DNA of 64,000 nt, from positions 186,001 through 250,000 of the forward strand of contig OW569357.1 of NCBI GenBank assembly GCA_937625935.1. The letters are read 5' to 3'. A model generated the notes under the pieces. That model searched no databases. It was not told the DNA's origin and saw nothing but the letters and a program-made list of their open reading frames with translations. Within the stretch, counting starts at the first letter, position 1. Each line of letters starts with the position of its first letter. Positions 21,201 to 33,322 of the stretch are shown piece by piece. A program made the position numbers and the translations under genes. Source of the stretch: Tetramitus jugosus. Taxonomy: Eukaryota > Protista > Heterolobosea.

Positions 21201-24180
21201 TGTGCTTCACAGAAAGACACATGATCAATTGTCATTGATGCTTCAAGTGTTTGTCAGAGATGGAAACAACTTGATTCTGTTGAATCGTGTTGAAAATTTG
21301 AAATTCAAGTGGACGATTGAGAATCAGGGCACCATGGATCAAAACTTGGCCACCATTGTTCACACATTCTCCAATCAGGCTACTGTACGAATTATGGATC
21401 ATGCTGGTCAATTCACAATCAAGTGTCAAATCGAAGGATATGACATTCCATTTATTGAGCACAACTTGATTCCATCTGCTCAAATCTCTACTTCGGAATT
21501 GAACTATTTGAATGACAAGAATCTTCATTCACTCGTTGTGATTCAAGTGGCTAATGAACTGGCTCTATCGCCATCCTCATTCCTCTTGTTCATGCCAGTG
21601 TTTGACAATGTGAACAGCCATTTGCTACAAAACAGAGTTCAATTGAGAGCAAGTGGAGGCAGTGGGTCCTACATTTTCAGTCACAACACATCAACCGTGT
21701 CAGATCATGACCTCTCACTGGTGCGTGATTCATCTGATGTTGCACTTGTGACACTCACTGCAAGAAACGGTGTTCCAGATAGAACAGGTACTCTCCATGT
21801 GACTGTGTCTGTGCGTGATGAGAATTTTTTGGACTCTATTGCCCAAAGTCACGGTATCATTAGCTCCATTGGTACCATTGTGCTTCGAGGTGAGTCTCAA
21901 GTGATTGAACAAGAACAATCCGTCATTGTTAAATTGCACGTGTTTGATCGATACAATCGTCAAGAATTTGCTCCAGATCAAGTTGAATTGATGAAGATTG
22001 AGTTGTCTGTCAGCAGAAACTCTATTATTTCCATGGAGAGATTGAATACGACCTCGTGGAGAATCACTGGTCTCCAGAGAGGAAAAGTTCACTTGACTGC
22101 CTCTTCCAAGTTTTCCGATGTTCAGAGTGCTCCATTCTCCATTACTGTCTATGATCGACTGAGCATTACACCTAGCCGTGTCACTGTTCTATTGGGTGGC
22201 AGTGCCAAGTTTGATTTGCAAGGAGGAGCACCATTTGCTCAAAAGAAGGTTGCTCTTGTGAACCAGAGTGGTTCCGCTAAGCTCATTCCTCATCATGGTC
22301 ACGACAATGCAAAGGGCGCTTCAACAGCACGTGTCCAATGTATGAAGGCTGGAATTGTTCAAGTTGTTGCACACACTGTCAACAATGGCCGAAATGTCAG
22401 TGCTATTGTTGAGTGTGTTGAATTGGCTGGTATTGAGTTGTTGGGAGGTGATTCGCTGACCATGTTTAGTGGCAACTCGATTCACTTGTCCCCTATTGGT
22501 CTCATTACATCATCAGATTCATCTTCTGCTGACTCCAACAAGATGGTGACTATTGATTTGTCCAACATGCAAAACCATGCTCTCACAATTAGCTATCATG
22601 TGAGTAACTCTAGTGTTCTTCAAGTTGCTCAATCGTCCAACAATGGCGGCACCACTGCTACGAGTGCCATGGTGAGAGCATTGAACATTGGTGACAGCAC
22701 AATTGAAGTGAAGGCACTGATCAACGGAAAGACTCTCACTACAAGAGCGACCGTTCATGTTCACGAGAAGCTCTATATTCTTGATTATCCATCCAGAGAG
22801 CTCATCATTTCTCCAAACAGTCAAATCCAATTGCATCCTACTCCTCAAGATGCCCTATTCACATTTGTGTGCACTGATGAGCAACTCGCCACTGTGTCGT
22901 CATCTGGCAAATTGACAAGTAAGACAAGTGTCGGATATGGAACAATCAAGGCATACACACCAGACAACGAACAAGTCAAAGTTCAAAAATTCTCTGTCGA
23001 GTTGCCAAGATACATTCACTTTGATGCTCACAAGGCTAGAAAGAGTGCAAGCAACAGCAACAATAATGCTGTGATGACTCATGTTCAAGTGCAAGCCAAC
23101 ACTATTACACCACTGGCCATTGTTGCCAAGAACAAGTATGGAGAAGTGTTTGCCAACACAATTGGAATACCTATTCAAGTCAACATCTTGGACGAAGACT
23201 TGATCGAGTGCTCCACTGACTCTGGTGTCATTCATCTCACAGCACTGGGCAATGCTGGACAGACCATTGTCCAAGTCACCAGTGAACATGCTGTGCCATT
23301 CTACTTTGTTGTGTCAGTTGTGGGCGCAAAGCCATATGCGTATCAACAACAGCAACAAACACAGCAACAACAAGTTCAAAATCAAGTGTTTATGCAACCA
23401 GGTGATATCTATCAAGTACAAGATGGTGTATCTGTGATCAACATTGACCGTGAAGATCTTATCCACTATAATGACTACAGAAATGAATTGGAAGTGTCTT
23501 CTGCTGCTCGTCTAAGTGCAACAGCGACAAGCCAATATGGAATCTCAAGAGTGTTCTTTGATGATGGCTCATTTGTGAACATTCGAGTGTCAAAGATTGA
23601 CAGCATTGAACCAAGAGATGATCGATCAGTGATTCGCTCCGATCTCTCGCTCAACAGAATCGGAATGAAACTAGTGGATATGAGAGGTGCTGCCATTCCA
23701 ATTCTGAGTCAATCGACCACCTCTGTCGTCAATGGTAAATTGCACAAGAGACACAGAATACGGTGCATTGGCACCAGTTCACCATTCTTCACCTGTGAGT
23801 ATGATGAAGCGACAGGAATGGTAGATATTGTTAACACAAGATCAATGATGGATCACGAAGTGCCATCCTCCGTTACACTGACCTTCGAAGTCAGTGTGTT
23901 GAATGAGCCAGCTGTTGCCTATCAAGTGAAGTCTGTGCCTATTTCAGTGATGAATCCAAGGGCTCCCGCATTCACTCAACCATCGACACCACCGTACTCT
24001 GGTGAGGAAGAAATTTGTGATACTGACAGATCCAAGAGCAGTGGCAGTACGCTCCTATTCTTGTTCACACTGATCATTGGCATCGTTTCCTTTGTTGGTT
24101 TCAATGCTCTGAGACAAAAGATGCAAGGAAAGCGTCTCTATGCTCGTCTGCATCACCGTAAGGTCAAGGACGAATTCTAA
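18290..24180 (+). CDS. NUP210: Nuclear pore membrane glycoprotein gp210/Nup210; 3 exons
   Basis: Exons 18290-18707, 18835-18967 and 19062-24180; introns GTATGT..TAG and GTATGC..CAG keep the frame. Signal peptide, ILLPY, C..WKSS, GRDNDGNLFTTLDG, repeated GGSG Ig-like modules, one C-terminal TM helix and a short basic tail. Confidence 0.85.
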
Positions 24181-24303
24181 ACACTAAGCAAAACAAAATG
24201 AATATATTCTCTTTATTATTATTATTATTACGATTGCTGCAGCTTTCTTCATCTGTCAGAGTGGTCTCTGAGTATCTATCTGTAGTATCTATCTGTTCAA
24301 CAA

Positions 24304-24920
24304 TTAGAACATGACATTGGACTGCATCAATTGCATCAATATCACATTCTGCACAACGTTGAACACCACTTTAACATTTTCCGTGTCGGTAGCACACGTG
24401 AAGTGAGAGTAAATCTTTCGTGTCTGTCTCTTGTTCTTGTCCAAATCCAAAAACTTTTTCTCAATAAATTTCATTGCCTTGTCAGCATGGCCCGTGCCCT
24501 GTGTGTACTCTGAGAAGCATACGTTGAGATTGACCTTTGCAATCTTTTCTTCAAACAGATCCTTCTTGTTGAAAAAGACGGCAATCGACGTGTCTCTAAA
24601 GTACCTACAATTACAAATCTCGTCAAACAACAGCAATGATTCCTTCATTCGGTTCATGGTGTGATCTTCAGCCAACTGTTGATCATATTCACTGAGACTG
24701 GTGACGAAAATGATGACACTGACTTCATCAAACACATGAATCCACTTTCTTCTCTCATTTCTCTGTCTGCACATACACATATACACATACACACAGGTGA
24801 TCCACAATCATCATCATCATCATTACAAATGACAAAATTACGAATAGTTAGATATTGAAAGAACAAAAAAAACATGTCACATGAAACCGCCACCACCACC
24901 ACCACTCAATCAATCAATTC

Positions 24921-24966
<46 letters not shown>

Positions 24967-25857
24967 TAATAGATACATACCCTCCAACATCAATCACTTT
25001 GAAATTATAATTGTTGACAGAGAAATCAGCTTCGGTAATGCCCACTGTTTTGACTCTACTGCGCAACACATCCTGTCTCGTCGGTTGATAATTCTCCTGT
25101 GCAATATGCTCCACCTGATCCAGAAAATAGGCAGCCGAATCAGACAATTGATACTCTGACCGTCTCTCATAAGCACTCTGAATACACTTGCTCTTCCACA
25201 CTTGAGCTATTTTTGTACTGAGTGGTATACTCTCACTTTCATTATTATTGCTATTACTGTTGTTGCTATTGTTGTTGTTGTTGTGACACAAGAGAGAAAT
25301 GGGGTCATTGGTAATTTGTGAATCACTCAATTCCATAATGTCATCACAGTGCGACTGAATGACACCATCAATGGCAATCTCCAATTTTTCACATGCATCA
25401 ATCAACACCCGAATCGCATGAATCGTATTCAAACAGATAATGTCCTTCATTTTCATACACTCTGCTGCATCGTATCCATCCTTGTGAATAATTTTCATTT
25501 GTTTAAAAATGGTACTCTTTCCTGATTCTCCCGTTCCTACAATTGTTGTTGTTGTTTTTGATTGATTGGTTGTTGGTTGTTGGTTGTTGTTTCGTAATGA
25601 TGATGATGATGATGAAAATGATGATAAATGTACATTGTTGTAGTTGTAGGGCAGTGCGATAATGAATGACGCAGTGTGTGAGCACATATGAAAAAAAAGG
25701 CAGTTGTTGAGATGAGATGAGACTACAAACCTAACAACAGTAATCTTGCGGTTGAACTGTTGACTTGCTTCTGTCGAGCCAAGTCCTGTTGTGCAAGCTT
25801 GTTGCGTTTCATTTGATTTTGTATTTCAGGGTCATTACTTCCACCAAAGCATGTCAT
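24304..25857 (-). CDS. Heterotrimeric G-protein alpha subunit; 3 exons
   Basis: Exons 25857-25731, 25536-24981 and 24766-24304. Splicing restores LLLLGTGESGKST and DVGGQRNERRKW; RVKTVG, NKKD and TCAT are also present. Confidence 0.95.
24906..24966. repeat. (TCAA)n tetranucleotide microsatellite in G-alpha intron 2
   Basis: About 15 TCAA units with one interruption, read directly from the sequence. Confidence 0.95.
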
Positions 25858-26248
25858 TTTCTAGAATTGATGATGATGATGAGGGATTGTGCAAGAACAA
25901 GTGCGTGGTGTGTGCGTGAGTGTCTGTTGTTTTGTGTGTGGTAGGATATTGTCGCGAAGAACGAACGAACGTTTTTTCAACGTGGAGGTTTGACATATTG
26001 CCGAAAATTGTTCCGGAAGCTTGACATCTGACACATCCTAGGCGGAGAAATCAAAAGCGGATTGTAACAAGCCAGATGGGGAATTCCGTATCTTTTTAAT
26101 TTTTCATTTTTTTATTTCATTTGTTATAAGGGGGATTAATCGAGAGAGTTGTTGTTGTTGGAGTTTGGTCGGTTATGGTGGTTAGTTGTTGTTGTTGTTG
26201 TTGGGTGGTGTTGTGTGTTTGTACATTGCGAGAGTCTCCTCGCGGTGA

Positions 26249-27203
26249 TCACAAGTAGGTGGTTGGACCATTGTTGTGCGACCTAATGTACATGCCGTTG
26301 CTGCTGTTTGGAGATGCGGTCGATCCGGATGAATTGTGGCCCACAATGAGTCCACCATTGGTGTTGTTGACTGGTGTTGATGGTCTCCATTTCGAATTTG
26401 GACTCGCAGTAAACATACCACCACCGCCATTGCTACTATTGTTGTTGCCACTGTTTGCAGATGAGGCTGCATTCATAATCAATAGTCCATTGGCCTCTGG
26501 ATTGTACTCCATCATGTAATTGTGATTGTTGGCAGTTGTTGGTGTAGAAGGTCCACCACCATTGGCAAACATCATACCATGATGACTGAGACCATTGCCC
26601 GATGTAGTGCCTGTTGTGGTAGTGGTAGTAGCAGTAGGCGTGTTGTTGACACTTGTAGTGCTTGTAGGAGTAGAGGGACCATTGTTCATCACCATTTGAG
26701 TATTGTCATAGCCTTGACCCAACCCGTACAGCACACCAATATACTTGGAATCACTGAAAATACTCTTGTCAAAGTACAGTTCCATAATGGCCCAGAAACA
26801 TGCACTTGTCAACAGTGAATCACTACCGGCTTGATGAGCAGGTCCAATACGCTGCACTTGCAAATCGACTGCAATCTGTGCGAGACCTCCCTTGAGTGCA
26901 TCACAACTCTTCATCAGATACTTGATGTCATAGATGCACGGAAAGTACGTGTGCAACAAATCAAAGAAATCTGCTTCTTCATCCGGTAGACTCGCATTCG
27001 TCAACAATTTCATCAAATAACCAAAGTCGTATGCACTGTGGAAAGATATCCATTTCACATCATCACTCAACACGATACCAGATGACATGAGCAATTCACC
27101 AAACAAGTGAACATCCACTCCCACTTGTTCATGTCTCTCAAAATCGATTCCACTCTCTGATAACAGGGCAATAGAGTCCTGTGCATACATGTCCTTTCTA
27201 TTA

Positions 27204-27239
<36 letters not shown>

Positions 27240-27920
27240 GTTGATTTGATGATGATGATGGATTTTGATGGTCGTGATTAATGTTTTTTTTTTGTATAGT
27301 GTCGTATGATGGATGGGCCAGGCAATTGTGTCAATAATCTGAATGAGACTTGATCATTCACACATAAACATGAGAAGAATAGACAATAATAATAAGAGAC
27401 AATAATAGGCCACACACACACACACATACTTTAGATTGAATTGAAAATTGAATTGCCATGTGCATTGTCCATCAGGTGGCAAATTTCCTTCTTCATCTGT
27501 GAAACATAGGCCCAGTTGAATGATTTTGAGCATGTTTACATTGCACTTTAGTGTTTGATAGTGATACTCTGATATCGTTCGAAAATTACCCGTAGGTCTC
27601 GCAACCACTCCAGGAAACTCCGTGTCCTAATAATTGATGGTTGTTGTTGTTGTTTGTGCATTCATACATGAGAGAGTCAGTTCATATATTGTCACTAGTA
27701 GTGTTGTTGAACAGCCATTTTCATCAAAATAAGAATACAAAAAGTTTTATCATACCATTGCGACACATGGATACCTCTCTACCAATTTCACGATTCGATT
27801 CATTTCATACTCTAGATTGTGAGCCCACACGTCCACAATTTGAATTTTATTCAAATCAGGTTTCTCTGACACTGGAATCAGTGTGGAGCTCAGAGTCGTA
27901 ATGTTCATTCTTGTCTTCAT
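26249..27920 (-). CDS. CAF1: CCR4-NOT deadenylase subunit CAF1/CNOT7 (DEDD nuclease); 3 exons
   Basis: Exons 27920-27756, 27626-27430 and 27197-26249. Spliced motifs [33 protein letters not shown] and HQAGSDS. Low-complexity C-terminal tail. An alternative start at 27908 is possible. Confidence 0.95.
27208..27237. repeat. (GAT)10 microsatellite near the 3' end of CAF1 intron 2
   Basis: Read directly from the sequence. Confidence 0.9.
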
Positions 27921-28469
27921 GTCTGTTTTTTGTTTTTTTTGTTGTTGTTGTTGCAATTTTAATTGTTGTTTATGGTAAAAACCGTTTTTGATTCTCTGCT
28001 GCTCTCAATTTCGTTGTTGTTGTAACCCAAAATACCCCAATGGATTGTTGTTTGTTTTGTGATGATGATGATGATATATAGTTGATGTTAATAGTGGATG
28101 GTGATGGTGATGGTTGTTGTTGCTTGCTCTCTCTTCGAAACAGAATCACACAATTTGGACAAAATGATTTGTGAATACCTCGCTTCTCTCGTATCTAACG
28201 TTTTCGATGGAGAAAAAACTAGAAGGACACAAAAAAGCGACACAAACAAGACAGCAACGACGAAGGATTGAACCATCGCACAGCTATTTTTATCACGAAT
28301 TTTTACAACAAACATTTTTTTGATTTGGTTGAAGGATCATACTTCACGCAACAACAACAGAATTGCACACAAGAGACAGCACAGAAGCGCGACTCTTGCA
28401 ATACAAAAACAAACATTAATTTTTTTTTGAACAAACAACATTGAGCTGCAAACAACAAACAACCGCAAT

Positions 28470-31109
28470 ATGAACTCTGACAACAACAGTAGCAATCAAG
28501 AACCACAACCACAACCACAACAACAACAACATGGTCTCATTCAACTCATGAACCTCATACAACAAACAGGTTCACTCATCAACACTCGATACAAGTTTGA
28601 ATTGTTGGTCAAGTGTTACTTTGATCTGTACAAAAATGGTTGTATCAACAACACTTGTGACAATACACGATTGCCATGTGCCAACAGCAACAATAACAGT
28701 AGTAGCAATACAATGATGACTGATGATGTTGTTGATGATACACAAGTAGCAAAACTAATGATACAAAGAGCAAGTCAATCACTCACTGACAATCAATACT
28801 ACTTTTGTAGTGGCAGTGTGCCATGTTTGACTATTCCTGACTATTTCACATCATCTTCATCATCATCATCATCATCATCTGCTGTTTCATTAGTTGAAGG
28901 AAAACAACAACAACAACAACAACAACAGATGAAACACTACATGACGATTCATTACTCTAGTTTCATCACATTGTATGACATGGCAAAGGAGAAGAATGAT
29001 TATCAATTGTTGAACACTGTGTTGCGATTGATTTTTTCAAGTGTAGAATCACTGTCTCATTCCTTTTATACGAAACAAGACATGATGACTCAATACAATA
29101 ACAATCAGAACAACAATCAGAATAGAGACCTCCTGGATGAAATGAGTATTGATTTTGATAGAGTAGAAGAATTTTATCGCTTAATCAACAACATCCCTGC
29201 TACTACTACTGCTACTACCACTACTACCAACACTACCACCAACACCACATCATCATCATCAAACAAATCAATCATGGAAATGCTCATTGATTCCATGACT
29301 TTACTCTTTACATCCAACAAGCAACAACCACAATCACAACAACAACAACAACAACAAAACAACAACAAGCAAAAACAGCAAGTACGATTGAGACATTTGA
29401 TCATTGTTCTCCAATGTCCACAACTCATGGACCCATCTCATCACTCACTACTCACACACATCATGACATGGATCTTGTCACTCGATGCACATGATCAACA
29501 TCGATTGATTCACAAGTATTTTTCATCTGTGCCCAAATCCATTTTTTCTCGCTTTGTTTCACTGTTTCAACAGTACATGACTGTCAAGTTGTACGTCAAT
29601 GGATACATTGATGAGAATATTGCGTATGCGACAAGAGTGATTGGAATGTTGAACGATGCAAATGAATACAAGTGTTATCACAGGGACAGAGTGCACTATG
29701 ATGAATTTTATAATGATGCAGTGAACAACGTGGTGGATCTGAGAGAGGACTATAAGCGATGGATACGATCTCTACAACAAGTACAAGACATGTACAATCA
29801 TCACAATCACACTAGTAGTAGTACTAGTAGTGGTGGTAATAATCGCAGTCATAATAATAATAGTAGCAGTAGCAACAATAGTACGACTGGTGCATTTGAC
29901 AAGAATAGTTTTGAAAATTTCTCCTTTTGTCACTATCCGTTCATTCTGGATCCACAGTCCAAATCTCAAATCTTGCAATTGGACATTGAAGATCAACAAC
30001 AGAGAGAATTGAGAAACGAGTTGTTGACCAGTATTTTTACACTGACAAAACCTAATTATTATCTCGAGTTGCGCATCAACAGAGACCGATTGCTCCAATC
30101 TGCACTCAACGAAATCAATTCGAAGCCAAATGATTTGAAAAAATTGTTAAAGGTTCATTTCGTGGGTGAGGAAGGTGTGGATGCAGGCGGTGTTCAAAAA
30201 GAGTTTTTCCAATTGGTTGTGCGCGATATTTTCGATGTGCAGTATGGCATGTTTGAGCATGATGAGAAGATGGGTACATTTTGGTTCAATTCCAACTCGT
30301 ATGAAAATGAAAACAATTTTCGATTGATTGGAACGATATTGGGACTAGCAATCTACAATGGTGTAATTTTAAATGTTCATTTCCCATTGGTCGTTTATAA
30401 GAAGTTGTTGGGTATGAAGCCAACGTTTGAAGATTTGAAGGACATGGATCCAGAGTTGGGTCACGGATTGCAAGAGTTGTTGAACTTTGAAGGCAATGTG
30501 GAAGATGTCTTTTGCAGAACGTTCCAAGTCGAAACAGAGGCATTTGGTCAAATTGTGAAACATGACTTGAAACCGAATGGTGCAGAGATTCCATTGACCA
30601 ATGAGAACCGTCAAGAGTATGTGGATCTGTACGTGGACTGGAAGCTGAACCGGTCCATCAAGGATCAATTCTCTGCCTTTTATCAAGGCTTTAGCATGGT
30701 TGTGAACAATCAAAACATTTTGCACTTGTTTAGACCAGAGGAGTTGGAGTTGATGGTGTGTGGTAGCTTGAGTCTAGATTTCGATGCTCTGGAGAGAGTA
30801 ACAAAGTACACTGGTGGCTTCTCAAAGGACGATCCACTGATCAAGGAATTCTGGAATATTGTCAAGGGATTATCAGAGGAAAACAAGAAGAAATTCCTCA
30901 GTTTCTGCACAGGTAGTGACAGAGTGCCCATCAAGGGACTTGGTTCTATGCCATTTGCAATCGTAAAGAATGGTGATGACTCGGATCGGTTGCCGACTGC
31001 GCACACGTGCTTCAATTACCTGTTGCTGCCCAGATACAACTCTGGAGCCAAGCTCAAGGAGCGCTTGCTCACTGCAATTCAAAACTTCCATGGATTTGGC
31101 TTACAATAA
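28470..31109 (+). CDS. HECT E3 ubiquitin ligase, UBE3A/E6AP-like, with an N-terminal AZUL zinc finger
   Basis: GCINNTCDN..C AZUL-like motif; FYNDAVN, FSFCHYPFIL, FVGEEGVDAGGVQKEFF; catalytic LPTAHTCFN; C-terminal GFGL. Confidence 0.93.
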   Translation: MNSDNNSSNQEPQPQPQQQQHGLIQLMNLIQQTGSLINTRYKFELLVKCYFDLYKNGCINNTCDNTRLPCANSNNNSSSNTMMTDDVVDDTQVAKLMIQRASQSLTDNQYYFCSGSVPCLTIPDYFTSSSSSSSSSSAVSLVEGKQQQQQQQQMKHYMTIHYSSFITLYDMAKEKNDYQLLNTVLRLIFSSVESLSHSFYTKQDMMTQYNNNQNNNQNRDLLDEMSIDFDRVEEFYRLINNIPATTTATTTTTNTTTNTTSSSSNKSIMEMLIDSMTLLFTSNKQQPQSQQQQQQQNNNKQKQQVRLRHLIIVLQCPQLMDPSHHSLLTHIMTWILSLDAHDQHRLIHKYFSSVPKSIFSRFVSLFQQYMTVKLYVNGYIDENIAYATRVIGMLNDANEYKCYHRDRVHYDEFYNDAVNNVVDLREDYKRWIRSLQQVQDMYNHHNHTSSSTSSGGNNRSHNNNSSSSNNSTTGAFDKNSFENFSFCHYPFILDPQSKSQILQLDIEDQQQRELRNELLTSIFTLTKPNYYLELRINRDRLLQSALNEINSKPNDLKKLLKVHFVGEEGVDAGGVQKEFFQLVVRDIFDVQYGMFEHDEKMGTFWFNSNSYENENNFRLIGTILGLAIYNGVILNVHFPLVVYKKLLGMKPTFEDLKDMDPELGHGLQELLNFEGNVEDVFCRTFQVETEAFGQIVKHDLKPNGAEIPLTNENRQEYVDLYVDWKLNRSIKDQFSAFYQGFSMVVNNQNILHLFRPEELELMVCGSLSLDFDALERVTKYTGGFSKDDPLIKEFWNIVKGLSEENKKKFLSFCTGSDRVPIKGLGSMPFAIVKNGDDSDRLPTAHTCFNYLLLPRYNSGAKLKERLLTAIQNFHGFGLQ

Positions 31110-31297
31110 AAGCTCAAACAAAGATAGGTCTTCATATTCACATGTGTCTTTATGAAAAATATGCTCTCTTCCTCTCTCAGCGGCGGGCAACGGAGCAGCC
31201 TCTAATTCACTTCATGTACACGGCATTTTCTCGAGGAAGCTCGAATGAAGCAATCATAACAATTTCATTTCCAGATTTTAGAAATGACAACATCCAC

Positions 31298-32296
31298 TTA
31301 CCGCATTGTTATCATTGACGATGATGACGGAATTCGGTTCATCATATTAATTACAGAATCATTGTCTCTTTCTTGACGCGTCATTTGATCCAACAGACGA
31401 TTGTTATTGTAACTAGTATTGTTGTGATTCGTGTTGTCATGATCATCATTGTGTGAACGAACAATCACAGGATACTGTTGCTGTTGTTGTTGTGTTTGAA
31501 TCGATCGACCAGTAATAAACACCAGAATAGCACTCTTGACCAACATGAACTCTGTGCGTGAAAACAATTGTGTCATCCATGGCAGAAAACTCAGTGGAGA
31601 TTTCTTGACGGTTCTCAGTTCAGAGCTCACTGCAAATGCACCGACATAGGCCGGTTCATTCTCCTTCAACAAGAGTGATGTCTGAACGGTAAAGTGTTTC
31701 TTGAGACGCATGGATCTCCATTTACTACTACCACTGTCTAGCATGCTGTTGGACAAGTCATTGAACATGGAATCATTGTCAATCATTGTCATTGCATTAT
31801 CATCATTGTATTCATCATCATCATATCCGTCATTATCATAGTACTCTTGATTGTTGTTGTTGTTGTTGTTGCATGGATTGGGAATGATGGATAGTGAAGA
31901 ATTGTTGAGTGATTGTTGTTGTTGTTCATGATCAATCTTCTGGTGGTATTGTTGTTCTTGTTGTTGTTGTTGTTCTTGTGACTGTTGATGTTGTTGTTGT
32001 TGTTGTTGTTGTTGTTGGTGATATTGTTGTGAGTAGAGCTCCAGTAGAGTCAATGGTGGTGGTTGTTGTTGTAGTTGGGGAATGACATGGAGAGTTGGCA
32101 TGGATCCATGATTGGTTATTGTTGTTGTTGTTGTATCATTCGATTGCTGCTGATTGTTGTTCTTGTCAGGTGGTGCATGTGGTACAACAGGCGAAGAAGA
32201 GGTTGATTTTGATGAGGAAAAGAGTCGTGAGAGCAACCTTGTGATGAATCGAATGATTTGCATCACACTGTGATCAATGCGCAAGAGCAGCCGCAT
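31298..32296 (-). CDS. Low-complexity protein carrying a secretin (GspD-type) C-terminal segment; candidate mitochondrial T2SS-related protein
   Basis: 31690-31499 encodes TVQTSLLLKENEPAYVGAF-x11-SPLSFLPWMTQLF..KSAILVFITGRSI, collinear with the secretin signature. The R/L/S-rich N-terminus resembles a mitochondrial presequence. Confidence 0.6.
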   Translation of the reverse strand: MRLLLRIDHSVMQIIRFITRLLSRLFSSSKSTSSSPVVPHAPPDKNNNQQQSNDTTTTTITNHGSMPTLHVIPQLQQQPPPLTLLELYSQQYHQQQQQQQQQHQQSQEQQQQQEQQYHQKIDHEQQQQSLNNSSLSIIPNPCNNNNNNNQEYYDNDGYDDDEYNDDNAMTMIDNDSMFNDLSNSMLDSGSSKWRSMRLKKHFTVQTSLLLKENEPAYVGAFAVSSELRTVKKSPLSFLPWMTQLFSRTEFMLVKSAILVFITGRSIQTQQQQQQYPVIVRSHNDDHDNTNHNNTSYNNNRLLDQMTRQERDNDSVINMMNRIPSSSSMITMR

Positions 32297-32437
32297 TTTT
32301 AAACAACAAAATAGGACACAGTTGGTATCTTACTGGCCAGTGTACGTCGTATTTTTTTGATTAAATATCTTTGAATGTTGCGGGAGGTGAAATTCTAGTT
32401 TGTTGTTTTGATTTTTGTTTCTCGAGAAGGAGAAATT

Positions 32438-33322
32438 TTAATTCAATACAACGTTATCCAGGAGACGAGTTCCAGACAACTTTATGACAGCAGATAGAAC
32501 TGAACCTCCTGGTGGTAATGGGTCCAGGCTGTTATCAAGTATTTTTCCTGAATGAGCACAACAGAGACTCACGTACTCCAATGAGTAGTTGGGATACTTG
32601 TGCTGGGAGAGGTCATTCCTCACCATATCTACCAAGTCTTTACATCTAATTTCTTTACCCATAGATTTACTTTCAACATAATAGGATTGAGCTTTAAGAA
32701 GAGCTTGGTACATCACTGGAGCGACTAGTCTATCCTCCTCTGATAGGTATCTGTTACGAGAACTCATGGCTAAACCATCTGGTTCTCTAACAGTCGGCAC
32801 AATGTGCACGATTGGATCCATGTTTAGATCATTGACCAGTTTTCGAACAACTATACATTGAATGGCATCCTTTTGACCAAAGAAAGCGTCAGTTGGCTTG
32901 ACAATGTTGAACAACTTGGTTACAACTGTGGCGACACCATTGAAGAAACCAGGTCTTTGTTTAGCTTCTGGTTGATCTTTCAAGAAGCATTCCTGGTCAA
33001 AAACAACTCTGGTGCAAAAGTCTGAGGCATACATATCTGTAGGCTCAGGAGCAAACAGGATATCCACACTCTTTGATTGTATCATCTTGTCACAATCTGA
33101 ATCAAAAGTGCGGGGATATCGGGAAAAGTCTTCATTTGGTCCAAATTGAGTCGGGTTGACAAACAGGGAAGCGATAGTGACTTCTGTTTGAGCTTTGGCC
33201 TGTCTCATTAAGGTAAGATGACCCTCGTGCAGAGCTCCCATTGTTGGAACAAATCCAACGGAGGAGTTTTTCAGGGCTGATCTCAAAACCCTAAACTCCG
33301 AAATTGACTTTACAATCTTCAT
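32438..33322 (-). CDS. panC: Pantoate--beta-alanine ligase
   Basis: GFVPTMGALHEGH, FVNPTQF, RPGFFNGVATVV, FGQKDAIQ, REPDGLAMSSRN and RLLDN. Confidence 0.97.
   Translation of the reverse strand: MKIVKSISEFRVLRSALKNSSVGFVPTMGALHEGHLTLMRQAKAQTEVTIASLFVNPTQFGPNEDFSRYPRTFDSDCDKMIQSKSVDILFAPEPTDMYASDFCTRVVFDQECFLKDQPEAKQRPGFFNGVATVVTKLFNIVKPTDAFFGQKDAIQCIVVRKLVNDLNMDPIVHIVPTVREPDGLAMSSRNRYLSEEDRLVAPVMYQALLKAQSYYVESKSMGKEIRCKDLVDMVRNDLSQHKYPNYSLEYVSLCCAHSGKILDNSLDPLPPGGSVLSAVIKLSGTRLLDNVVLN

Noticed and set aside
25975-26100. Possible Pol III ncRNA ending in a T-run
   Set aside because: No recognisable fold or A/B boxes. It is more simply the G-alpha promoter next to the CAF1 polyadenylation region.
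28088-28518. Short minus-strand ORFs between CAF1 and the HECT gene
   Set aside because: They lie in a divergent promoter and 5' UTR region and are driven by TTG repeats.
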